A DNA stretch of 64,000 bases from an uncultured Chloroflexia bacterium (GCA_963712745.1 CAVQJC010000015.1:128001-192000); one strand, 5' to 3'. Numbered from the stretch's first letter, positions 31,885 to 40,235 are shown. Program-made: numbers and translations. Notes: generated from the letters alone by a model not told the origin.

Positions 31885-32436
31885 ATGAAGGTCAAGACGC
31901 GCATGCTGGCGGCGGTCGTCGCCGGGCTTGTGGCCGCATCCATCTCGGGTGTGGCCGCCCAGGAGAGCGATAGCGGCGCCGCGTTCTTCGAGGTGAGCAT
32001 CAAGCCCGGCGGATCGCCGACCGAGGGCACGGAGGGTGATTCGGGCGCTGGCTGGGCAACGTCCATGGGCGCGTCGAACACGGGAATCGCCGTCGACGCG
32101 GGCGACCCGCGTGCAAGCGGACTCCTCGACACGACACTCAACTCCACGTTCTTCGAGCTGCCGGATGGAGTCATGGAGGTCGGGATCTACTCCTGGCGAC
32201 TGGCCAACGAAGAAGGAGCGTGGGCCGGAGGTGGCCCCTTCACCCTGGTCGCCGAAGGTGGCCCGCCCTCGCAGGTAGACGCATCGATGACCCTCATCGG
32301 TGAAGGCGCCTACCAGGGTTTGGTGCTGGAGTTCCACGGTGAAGAGCCCGACGAGAACATGCAGGAAGTATGGTGGGGCGTCATCTACCCCGCCGCCGCG
32401 ATCTCTCCCGAGCCGGAGGCGATCGCCGCCGACTAG
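31885..32436 (+). CDS. Secreted DPRASG-family protein, paralog 1
   Basis: AAGGAG RBS, signal peptide ending VAA-Q, GDPRASG, LANEEGAWAGGG, LIGEGAYQGL. Confidence 0.8.
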   Translation: MKVKTRMLAAVVAGLVAASISGVAAQESDSGAAFFEVSIKPGGSPTEGTEGDSGAGWATSMGASNTGIAVDAGDPRASGLLDTTLNSTFFELPDGVMEVGIYSWRLANEEGAWAGGGPFTLVAEGGPPSQVDASMTLIGEGAYQGLVLEFHGEEPDENMQEVWWGVIYPAAAISPEPEAIAAD

Positions 32437-32456
32437 CGACCCGTCCTCCTCCTGCT

Positions 32457-32488
32457 CGTGAGCCGGCCCCAACGCGGGCCGGCTCACG
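32457..32488. terminator. 13-bp stem hairpin between convergent genes
   Basis: CGTGAGCCGGCCC-caacgc-GGGCCGGCTCACG. Confidence 0.6.
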
Positions 32489-32498
32489 GCTTGTTCGG

Positions 32499-33062
32499 CT
32501 AGAACGCCAGTCCCCGTGGCTCCGGCCCCAGCGGCGGCACGGTCTCGTCGGCCAGGCGGAAGCCGTTGGCCTTGTAGGCCGCGTAGTCGAAGTCCTCACA
32601 CTCGTCGTAGCCGACCTGGTGGTACGCGTCGAAACCCTGCCAGTCCTCGTAGCCCTCGCCAAACGAGTGGTCGAGGAACGCGTCGGCCATGGCCATCCCC
32701 AGCTTCGGCCCGATGAAGAAGGCGCCCATGGCCAGCACGTTGCAGTGGTTCGCGGTGGCGGCGCGCTTGGCCGAAGGCTCACTCTCGCAGACGGCTGCGT
32801 GGACGTGTGGGCACTTGCTGGCGGCGATGTGGATGCCCATGCCACTGCCGCAGAACGCGAGCCCCTTCTCGAACTCCCGCTCGGCGATCCTCGCGCCGAG
32901 CATGAAGCCGGCACGGTGGTACATCGGGGTCTCTTCGAGGATCGGCGTCAGGTCCTCGACCGTCCAGCCTCGCTGTATCAGGTGCTCCTTGACCGCCTCC
33001 TTCAGCGGGTAGCCAGCGAAGTCGGCGCTGACCACGACGTGCTTGTCCCTGGCTGTCTTCAT
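32499..33062 (-). CDS. RpiB/LacA/LacB family sugar-phosphate isomerase
   Basis: ADFAGYPLKE, FCGSGMGIHIAASK, ANHCNVLAMG. Confidence 0.85.
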   Translation of the reverse strand: MKTARDKHVVVSADFAGYPLKEAVKEHLIQRGWTVEDLTPILEETPMYHRAGFMLGARIAEREFEKGLAFCGSGMGIHIAASKCPHVHAAVCESEPSAKRAATANHCNVLAMGAFFIGPKLGMAMADAFLDHSFGEGYEDWQGFDAYHQVGYDECEDFDYAAYKANGFRLADETVPPLGPEPRGLAF

Positions 33063-33384
33063 GAGGACTGTCCTTTCCTGCTCCCGCATCGAACGTCCGG
33101 TGCGGCTCTCCAGCCCGATCGGCTGGGCTGCCTTCCTGCGGCCACGATGATGTCTGTGGCTCTTGCAGTCACGCATAGGCCGCGGCCGCCTCGTCGTGAC
33201 CTGCTGAGCGTGGACCTAGCGTGAGTATGGAGGTTCACGGAAACGACCTGTCGCTCCAGAACGACCTGTCGCTCCAGACTCATCGGCGGGCAGGAAGTCG
33301 ATGGTCTCGGCGATAGTTGCTGCCGGGCGGCCGTGACCTGGGTCACCTGATCGATGCCCCGGCTGGGGAGTCACATGTGTCGTA

Positions 33385-33460
33385 GCGGGAGGCCGTGAAG
33401 CCCGACTCGCGTACGTTGGCCGCCCTGAGTCGCTCCGAGCCATTGGCGAACCGGACCCGT
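33385..33460 (+). ncRNA. c-di-GMP-II-like riboswitch aptamer, copy A
   Basis: GCGGG/CCCGT P1, A, GGC/GCC P2, kink-turn CGTGA..GA, CGACTC/GAGTCG stem, CGCC/GGCG pseudoknot; RBS about 12 nt downstream. Confidence 0.7.
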
Positions 33461-33484
33461 GTGTGAGCACCAGGGAGGTGCGAG

Positions 33485-34016
33485 ATGCGTTCGATGCGAT
33501 CGATCCCGGCTGCGGTGGTCGTCCTGGTGCTGCTCGGAGCATGGGCTGCCGCAGTCGCCGCCGAGGACACGGCCGACCCGATGGCCCCGCCCTACTTCAC
33601 CTACACGGCGGAGCCCGTGGGGGAGTCCTACATGCCCGGTGGGAGATGGTGCGTGACCACCGGGACATGCGGATGGCGGAGGCAACCGACCCACGGGCCT
33701 CGGGTCTTGTCACCCTCAGCGTCAACTCGAGCCTGGTCGCGCTTGACGAAGGAGGCGGTCTGACGGCGGCGTTGAGTGAACGATTGACCAACGACGGCGG
33801 AGCCTGGTCGGGCAGCGGTCGGTTCGTCATTGCCGGGGCGGGTACGGGGGGATGACGGCGGCGATGGACAGGCTGACCGGTGAGGGCGGCTATGAGGGCC
33901 TGACCCCCATCATGGGCCAGTCCGCAGGCGCCGACGCGATGGTGAACTGGGGCGTGGTCGTCCCGAGCGACCAGATGCCGCCGATGCCTGACCCCGTGTC
34001 GCCCACCACCGAGTAG
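33485..34016 (+). pseudogene. Secreted DPRASG-family paralog 2, broken by two frameshifts
   Basis: Signal peptide and DPMAPPYFTYT in one frame, ATDPRASG..LTNDGGAWSGSG in a second, LTGEGGYEGL..WGVVVPSDQMPP in a third. Confidence 0.8.
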
Positions 34017-34128
34017 CCCTGGGAGCGGACCTCGATCCGACCATCGACCACGATGGGCTCAGGGCGGCTGTCGCCCGGGACTCGACCAACGTCCTCGACC
34101 CTCATCACGGTCGGCCGACGGATCGGCT

Positions 34129-35145
34129 CTAGTGGACAGGCAGGAGTGTCAGTGACTCCGAGATTGCAGCGAACGAGAATCCGGTGTCGCCCCCGCATTC
34201 GATGGCATAGAGGACGTCGCGCCCGCCCGTCCCTCCCGCGTATCGCACCTGGCCGGATACCTCGCTCGAGCGCGGTCCGTCCATCAGGTCGACCCGGTCG
34301 CTGGAGTCGGGAAGCATGAGCGTCGGCTCGAACTCGCTCCCACTCCACCTCGGTGCCCGGTCGTCACCGCTCATGGAGCCGAACCCGTAGCCGTCGAGCG
34401 ATGTCGCACTTGGGGAGACCGCGAATGTGACGGAGCAGGTCCGCCGTCGGGATGGATCGAAGGCCCGCAACACCTCCCAGGCCTCGCCCGGCTGGGCGGC
34501 TGCCGGGTCGCGTTCGGGTGACAGGACCTCGACCGACCAGGCGGCCGGCAGGTCGACGGCGAAGCCCGCCCTGGCGAGCTCGACGTGCCCGCCCTCGCGG
34601 GCCGGTCCCAGCGGCGGCGGCGGCTGGAATGGCCCGGGATCAGCCGGTCTCAAGGCCACGCTGACGACTACGAGCGGAACGAGCACGATCGCCAGGATCA
34701 CGAGCATCCTCCTGCCGTCGGATGGGTCTCGTGGTCGCGCGGCCGGCCACGACGACACAAGCTCGTGTCCGACGAAGCCGAACAGGATGAGGCCGAGAGC
34801 CCAGGAGGCGATGGCCGGCACGCTCGCTGCCAGGGACTCGAGAGGCGGCAACACCGTTCGAGTGAGCACGACCAGCAGCTCGAGCGCCCACACCACCATG
34901 GTGACCAGGCCCAGGGCGCGAGCCCAGGCTTGCGCGCGCAGGATGCCGACCGCTGCCACGATGGCCGCGATGCCGGCGACGAGCGAGACCGCCGGGGCAT
35001 CGAGCGGCGACGGCAGCATGGTGATGCCATACCCGTAGCCGTACACCAGGGTCTGCGCGCCCCAGAGCCCGAGCAGGATGGCCGCCACGCGCATCCGCCG
35101 TGGCACCAATACCCAGCCTCTCCCTGCATCCGGCGAGTGTTCCAT
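34129..35145 (-). CDS. Multi-pass membrane protein with a C-terminal extracellular PsbP/Mog1-like domain
   Basis: About five TM segments, then GFAVDLPAAWSV, TCSV, YAIEC, AISESLTLLP; paralog of 37869-38549; fold is inference. Confidence 0.65.
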   Translation of the reverse strand: MEHSPDAGRGWVLVPRRMRVAAILLGLWGAQTLVYGYGYGITMLPSPLDAPAVSLVAGIAAIVAAVGILRAQAWARALGLVTMVVWALELLVVLTRTVLPPLESLAASVPAIASWALGLILFGFVGHELVSSWPAARPRDPSDGRRMLVILAIVLVPLVVVSVALRPADPGPFQPPPPLGPAREGGHVELARAGFAVDLPAAWSVEVLSPERDPAAAQPGEAWEVLRAFDPSRRRTCSVTFAVSPSATSLDGYGFGSMSGDDRAPRWSGSEFEPTLMLPDSSDRVDLMDGPRSSEVSGQVRYAGGTGGRDVLYAIECGGDTGFSFAAISESLTLLPVH

Positions 35146-35463
35146 CGGACGTCTCCCATGCGGTCCTGATCGATCTCGAGAATGGGCCTAAGTCGGGCCC
35201 CGTGCATCGGTCGCAGCCTCAGACCCCGACTCAACTGGGTGGATGTCGACGCCGCTCGGCGGGCCAGGGTCCGGGTGGATCGGCGGCGCAGCCGCGACAT
35301 GTCTGCCGACGACCGTATGGAGCTCACAGCTTGTGGAAAACCGGGTCGACAGTGAAGTTGCCGTCTGGCACGCTAGCCGCCTTCAAGGTCGCCGTCGGTG
35401 CGGTCGAGGGAGCCGACGCCTTCGGTCCGACCACAGTGGGGGCAGGAGAAGAAGAGGAGCCTC

Positions 35464-35685
35464 ATGAAGCGGAAGATGCTCGCGATCGTGGCTGCCACAG
35501 CGTTCGCCACGGCCAGTCTGGCTGCACCTACGACGGCGGCCACGGAGGCGGAGATCCAGGCCTGCGTAGACGAAGCGACGACCATCCTGCTCAACAACCC
35601 GAGGTATCGCGCTTTCAGGTGGGTCATCAAGCTGGGCATCTGGGATGCGACCCTGAGGGCCAGCTGCGTGCGGACCCTGGGCTAG
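35464..35685 (+). CDS. Small secreted protein (73 aa, two Cys)
   Basis: GAGGAG RBS, MKRK plus hydrophobic signal peptide, own terminator. Confidence 0.7.
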   Translation: MKRKMLAIVAATAFATASLAAPTTAATEAEIQACVDEATTILLNNPRYRAFRWVIKLGIWDATLRASCVRTLG

Positions 35686-35704
35686 CTGTCCGGCCGACCG
35701 TCAT

Positions 35705-35736
35705 GAAAGGCCCGTCCCGCGAGGGACGGGCCTTTC
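35705..35736 (+). terminator. Intrinsic terminator
   Basis: GAAAGGCCCGTCCC-GCGA-GGGACGGGCCTTTC followed by a T-rich tail. Confidence 0.8.
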
Positions 35737-35965
35737 TCCTTCTGATGGGTGCTCGTGCAGGGATCACGCGTCCCCCCACGGGGATGAGTTGGGCCCGATG
35801 GGCAAGAGTTGGGCCCGATGGGCAAGAGCTCGTACCTGAAGACATCGACGCGACACCCGGCAGCGGCACTGAGCCTGAGCGACTCTTCGTTCCTGCTGGA
35901 CCGGCTCCAGATGTCTTCCCGGCGACTGGGCGGCCTGTCGGAAACGGGACCGTGAGCGGCGCGAA

Positions 35966-36223
35966 CTAGATGCCGAGGCCCACGATCCTCGCGTTCAGCA
36001 AGGCCACGTAGCCGCACGGGTCACACGTCAGTACGACAAAGCGGAAGCCACTCTCGTGCGCGATCCTCGTCCCGTTCGCGTCGGCCACGAAGCCGGGCAT
36101 GAAGGACATCGAATTCTCCACCGACCACTCGTCTTCATGACCAGCCGGGCAGCGCGCCTGGCCCATCCAATGCGCATCCAGCCAGCTCTGGATGATCGTC
36201 GTCTGCTCGTCGGTAAGAGTCAT
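35966..36223 (-). CDS. Small putative zinc-binding protein
   Basis: 85 aa with CPAGH and CDPCGY. Confidence 0.65.
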   Translation of the reverse strand: MTLTDEQTTIIQSWLDAHWMGQARCPAGHEDEWSVENSMSFMPGFVADANGTRIAHESGFRFVVLTCDPCGYVALLNARIVGLGI

Positions 36224-36313
36224 GCTGTCCCCATGTGCGTCGAATCGGCCACGGTAGCCGCAACGGGGAGTGTATGACGGAGCCTCAGGGATAGGATGAC
36301 GAAGCTGACTGGC

Positions 36314-36808
36314 CTATTCCTCGTCGGGAAAGGAACTCGTCGGACTCGGCGACGTAGAACCGGCGGCCCTGGGGCGCTTCCTACCCTCGCCGTAGCGGCG
36401 TCGGTACCACGTGCGATAGGCAAGCCATGCGAGTCCGGCCAGCACCAGTGGCCCAAGGATGACCGAAGCGAGGAGCGGGAGGTCGGCCGCAGGACTGACC
36501 GTGTACTGGTAGATGCCCGCCAGCACAGCGACCGGGACCGCGACCAGCCGAAATGGCCGGACGTATAGCAGTTTGTGGGCCAGCGCTGTCATCGGGGGCG
36601 CTGTCCCCGTGCCGCAGTACTCGCAAACCGCGCCGTCGACGGGCTCGCCGCAGACGCGACACTCGGCCGACGGCTCCGGTTCTTCGCGCGGGACACCCAC
36701 CTCGGGTACGTCGCCTGGCGGCGGCCACGCCGAGCCGTCCGGTCCCATCCTCGGGCGGACGGCCGCCATCCCGTACTTGCGGAGCCGGCGGCGAGTGCCT
36801 TCATCCAT
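36314..36808 (-). CDS. Zinc-ribbon protein with two TM helices
   Basis: CRVCG..CEYCG, then two hydrophobic segments; start uncertain. Confidence 0.55.
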   Translation of the reverse strand: MDEGTRRRLRKYGMAAVRPRMGPDGSAWPPPGDVPEVGVPREEPEPSAECRVCGEPVDGAVCEYCGTGTAPPMTALAHKLLYVRPFRLVAVPVAVLAGIYQYTVSPAADLPLLASVILGPLVLAGLAWLAYRTWYRRRYGEGRKRPRAAGSTSPSPTSSFPDEE

Positions 36809-36935
36809 CGCGTTCCTGGCGCGAGCATCAGGGCTCCTTCTCCCCGGGTCAAGGGCCGGACGGACCGCCTGCTCCTCGGTGGTCAGGACCTCCGTCACTT
36901 GACCCTCGTGATGGCCAGGAGTGTCATACGACCTA

Positions 36936-37010
36936 GCGGGAGGCTGTGAGGCACGGTCCGCGTACGTTGGCCGCCTGAGCCGTGCCGAGCCACTGGCGAA
37001 CCCGGCCCGT
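36936..37010 (+). ncRNA. c-di-GMP-II-like riboswitch aptamer, copy B
   Basis: Same core as copies A and D, but the variable stem is replaced by GGCACGG/CCGTGCC (compensatory change). Confidence 0.72.
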
Positions 37011-37032
37011 GCACAAGCCATGGAGGCTTGAC

Positions 37033-37578
37033 ATGCATGCGCTGCGAGTATCGACCGCCGGGACGGTCATCCTCATGCTGGTCGCCAGCCTGTCGTCGGC
37101 GGTGGGAGCACAAGAGACGGAGGCAGACTCGATGGCCCCGGCCCACTTCACCTACACGCTCGAGTCGCTCGTGGAGCCCTCGATGGGCGACGGCGACGGA
37201 TTCACCAGAGAGGTGCGAGGCGTTCTGGAGAAGGAGGAGGTCGAAGCCAGTGACCCGCGAGCATCTGGGTTGATGACCACGTACGGTCACGCGAACCTGG
37301 TGGAGGTCGATGGCGGTGGCTTCCTGGTCGGAGCCATGAACGTGGCGCTGGCCAACGATGGCGGCGCGTGGTCGGGTACGGGCACGGTGGTGCAGATAGT
37401 GGTCGAGGACGGCGGTGCCATGTGGCAAGCCGTGTTGACTGGAGAGGATGGCTACGACGGGCTGACCCTCATCATGACCCAGTACTACGACGACAACGCC
37501 CAGACGCGTCGGGGGGTCATCGTCCCGACCGACCAGATGCCTCCGCAGCCTGACCCCGTCGAAGCGGTGGCTGAGTGA
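37033..37578 (+). CDS. Secreted DPRASG-family protein, paralog 3
   Basis: GGAGG RBS, signal peptide ending VGA-Q, ASDPRASG, LANDGGAWSGTG, LTGEDGYDGL. Confidence 0.85.
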   Translation: MHALRVSTAGTVILMLVASLSSAVGAQETEADSMAPAHFTYTLESLVEPSMGDGDGFTREVRGVLEKEEVEASDPRASGLMTTYGHANLVEVDGGGFLVGAMNVALANDGGAWSGTGTVVQIVVEDGGAMWQAVLTGEDGYDGLTLIMTQYYDDNAQTRRGVIVPTDQMPPQPDPVEAVAE

Positions 37579-37868
37579 CGACTCGGCACAAGGAAACTTC
37601 CCGTCTGCGCATGGCGATCGCCCCTGACGGGGACGGTCTCCTGGCTCCCTGAGACAGAGTACGCGGGCTTCATCTACGAGGGCGCGCCGCCCGCGGGTGC
37701 TGGACACCGACGAAGTACCAACCGAGTGATCGGCTCGTGGCGACGCGGTTGCCTGCGGCGTGACGCCAGGCGCTCAGGTCAAGGGCTGGACGGCACGCGG
37801 GATGGCTGCGCCCGCGCAGGTGTGCTCAGGCGAGGTTCACGAATCGGCATCAGAGCTCGCTCTACCGC

Positions 37869-38549
37869 CTACTCGGCGGACAGGATCCTGAAGGTGTCGG
37901 CGATGGGCTGGATGGCCCAGTTCGCGTAGAACGGCTCGCTCGGCCAGGGCACTTCAGAGCGACTGCCATCAGGCAGCCACGGGGTCAGCACGCAGGCCAG
38001 CACGTAGTCCCGGTCCCCGGCATCGAAGTGGTAGGCGACGAAGACCTCGCCGCTCGGCTGCCTGAAACTCAGGCTCACCGGCCCCCCGAGCCTCAGGGTC
38101 CCGATGCTCCACTCCGGAGCGCACTCGTACTCGCCGGTGAGAGGGCCGATCACCCGGTCGGCCGCTTCCCATGCGTCCTCGCCCCAGGATTCGTCGGCGT
38201 CGCGCGGGAAACAGCCCCCGGCCGTGGGGGCGTCACCCGTGGCCACGTACACCGTGCAAGTGGAGCCGATGTCCGGCGGGTCGGCTGCCATGACCGGCCG
38301 CAGCCCGGTGCGCTCGATCGGTTCCGGGTCTTGGGCTGGTGTCCTGTCGACCCTCCAGCCTGTGGGCAGGTCCACCGAGAAACCCTCGGCCGACATCTCG
38401 TAGTGGCTCCGCTCGCTCTCGAGCCCGAGGAGCATCTCATCCCACCGCCCCGGGTCATTCGCGTCACGCATCCACACGAGTCCGGTAGCCAACAGGATCA
38501 CGATGACGACCATGACCACGACGACGATGAGCCAGACCTTGCGTTCCAT
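37869..38549 (-). CDS. Membrane-anchored protein with a PsbP/Mog1-like domain
   Basis: N-terminal TM, GFSVDLPTGWRV, TCTV, YVLAC, PIADTFRIL; paralog of the C-terminal domain of 34129-35145. Confidence 0.65.
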   Translation of the reverse strand: MERKVWLIVVVVMVVIVILLATGLVWMRDANDPGRWDEMLLGLESERSHYEMSAEGFSVDLPTGWRVDRTPAQDPEPIERTGLRPVMAADPPDIGSTCTVYVATGDAPTAGGCFPRDADESWGEDAWEAADRVIGPLTGEYECAPEWSIGTLRLGGPVSLSFRQPSGEVFVAYHFDAGDRDYVLACVLTPWLPDGSRSEVPWPSEPFYANWAIQPIADTFRILSAE

Positions 38550-38692
38550 CCGGTATGCCTCGACTGCGAGGAGCCCCATCCTCCTCCGCACCTCACCCAG
38601 CTGGTCAAGTGACGTATGGCTCATGCAGTGTCGTGGGCGAGGATGTCAGTCTTACGGACCGCCACCTACTGACTGCCGACGGGAGCGTTACG

Positions 38693-39307
38693 ATGCCCGG
38701 CTCGTGGTTCTACAACCTCATCTACCGCTTCGGCGCACCGTGGGAGATCGGGGTCCGCACGGAGCTCAAGGAGCTCGTCGAGAGCGGGCGCCTTCGACCA
38801 GCGCCCGGTGAAACGGCGATCGACCTCGGCTGCGGCACCGGCGCCAACACGCTCTTCCTCGCCGAGTCCGGCTGGGAGACCGTCGGTGTCGATTTCTCGC
38901 CGGTGGCGGTCGATAAGGCGAGAGCACGCGCTCGCGAGGCCGGCGGCTTCGACAACCTCCGCTTCGTGGTCGGTGATCTCTCCGGCACGACGCTGCAGGG
39001 CGCAGAGGGACCGTTCGACTTCCTGCTGGACTACGGCACGCTCGACGACCTCCAGGAGCCGCATCGCACGCGTATGGCGCAGCTCATCACGCGCATCGCA
39101 GCACCAAACGCGCGCTTCCTGATGTGGTGCTTCTACGGCCGATCCGAGGCCATGCCTCGACCGATGCGAGGACGGATATCGACGAGCATCGAGCCGGGCG
39201 AATTGGAGGAGAGGTTCGGTGCCGAGTGGGACATCGAGGAGTTGGCAGGCATGACCGGGGAGCCCAAGACCGCCCTGTTCCTCCTGACCCGCAAGGCGTC
39301 GGGCTGA
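38693..39307 (+). CDS. Class I SAM-dependent methyltransferase (TPMT-like)
   Basis: APWE, IDLGCGTG, GVDFS..AV, FDFLLDYG. Confidence 0.85.
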   Translation: MPGSWFYNLIYRFGAPWEIGVRTELKELVESGRLRPAPGETAIDLGCGTGANTLFLAESGWETVGVDFSPVAVDKARARAREAGGFDNLRFVVGDLSGTTLQGAEGPFDFLLDYGTLDDLQEPHRTRMAQLITRIAAPNARFLMWCFYGRSEAMPRPMRGRISTSIEPGELEERFGAEWDIEELAGMTGEPKTALFLLTRKASG

Positions 39308-39476
39308 ACCAGGCGACGCTGGGCCGCGGGTGTGCTCACCCAGGCTTCAGGAAAGGCAGCTCGCCGGCCTCTGCTCCACCTCCGGAAGGAACGCGGGGGG
39401 TCTCGGCGATGGAGGTCCAGCCGGTCGGGACCTCGGTCACTTGCCCCGGCGCTGAACAGGAGTCCGATGGGTCGTA

Positions 39477-39518
39477 GCGGGAGGCCGTGACGTCCGACTC
39501 GCGTACGTTGGCCGCCTG
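39477..39518 (+). ncRNA. Truncated riboswitch copy C (5' half only)
   Basis: GCGGGAGGCCGTGAcgtCCGACTCGCGTACGTTGGCCGCCTG, then breaks off into cassette D. Confidence 0.6.
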
Positions 39519-39523
39519 CGCAG

Positions 39524-39566
39524 GTGACGTCCGTCACTTGACCCCGTCACCTGCGGGGAGTGTCAT
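39524..39566 (+). promoter_or_regulatory. CRP/FNR-like site plus promoter of cassette D
   Basis: GTGA-cgtccg-TCAC directly followed by TTGACC-17 bp-TGTCAT; equivalent elements at 33333, 36885 and 39427. Confidence 0.5.
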
Positions 39567-39574
39567 ACGTGGTA

Positions 39575-39649
39575 GCGGGAGGCCGTGAAGCCCGACTCGC
39601 GTACGTTGGCCGCCTGAGTCGCTCCGAGCCACTGGCGAACCCGACCCGT
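39575..39649 (+). ncRNA. c-di-GMP-II-like riboswitch aptamer, copy D
   Basis: GCGGGAGGCCGTGAAGCCCGACTCGCGTACGTTGGCCGCCTGAGTCGCTCCGAGCCACTGGCGAACCCGACCCGT. Confidence 0.72.
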
Positions 39650-39671
39650 GTATGAGCCAGGGAGGCGTGTC

Positions 39672-40235
39672 ATGCGTACGTTGCGACCGTTGCTCGCAGG
39701 GATGGTCAGCGTGGGGCTGGTCGCCAGCCTCTCCTTGACCGTGGTCGCGCAAGAGACAGAGACGGATCCGATGGCCCCGGCCTACTTCACGTTCACCAGG
39801 GGGATGGCCTCGAAGTCGATCGGCGGGGAGGTCGAGGCTATCGACGGCGACGGCTTTCCCGTTCTGCGTGGCCAGATGGAGGTCGATATCCCGGTCGAAG
39901 CGAGCGACCCACGAGCATCAGGCCTCTGGACCTTCGCCTTGAATGCGGACTTCGTGGAGGCCGCCGGCGGTACCGTCGGGATGGACACCAGGAGCAATCG
40001 GCTCGTCAACGACGATGGGGCGTGGAGAGGTACGGGTACGGCCATCTCCGCCTTCGTCGAGGATGGTGACTTCGCCGCGGGCCTGACCGTGCTGACCGGC
40101 GAGGGAGCCTACGCGGGCCTGAGCCTCATCTTCAGCCAGACCTATGAGGATGGTGGGGAGTCGTACTGGGGCATCATCCTCCCGAGCGACAAGGTCCCAC
40201 CGTTCCCGGACCCCACGGCACCATCAGCCGAATAG
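39672..40235 (+). CDS. Secreted DPRASG-family protein, paralog 4
   Basis: GGGAGG RBS, signal peptide ending VVA-Q, DPMAPAYFTFT, ASDPRASG, LVNDDGAWRGTG, LTGEGAYAGL. Confidence 0.85.
   Translation: MRTLRPLLAGMVSVGLVASLSLTVVAQETETDPMAPAYFTFTRGMASKSIGGEVEAIDGDGFPVLRGQMEVDIPVEASDPRASGLWTFALNADFVEAAGGTVGMDTRSNRLVNDDGAWRGTGTAISAFVEDGDFAAGLTVLTGEGAYAGLSLIFSQTYEDGGESYWGIILPSDKVPPFPDPTAPSAE

Noticed and set aside
33333-39672. Integron attC sites or IS ends as the explanation for the repeated cassette
   Set aside because: The repeats lie 5' of genes next to the RBS, lack attC RYYYAAC/GTTRRRY ends and terminal inverted repeats, and no integrase is present
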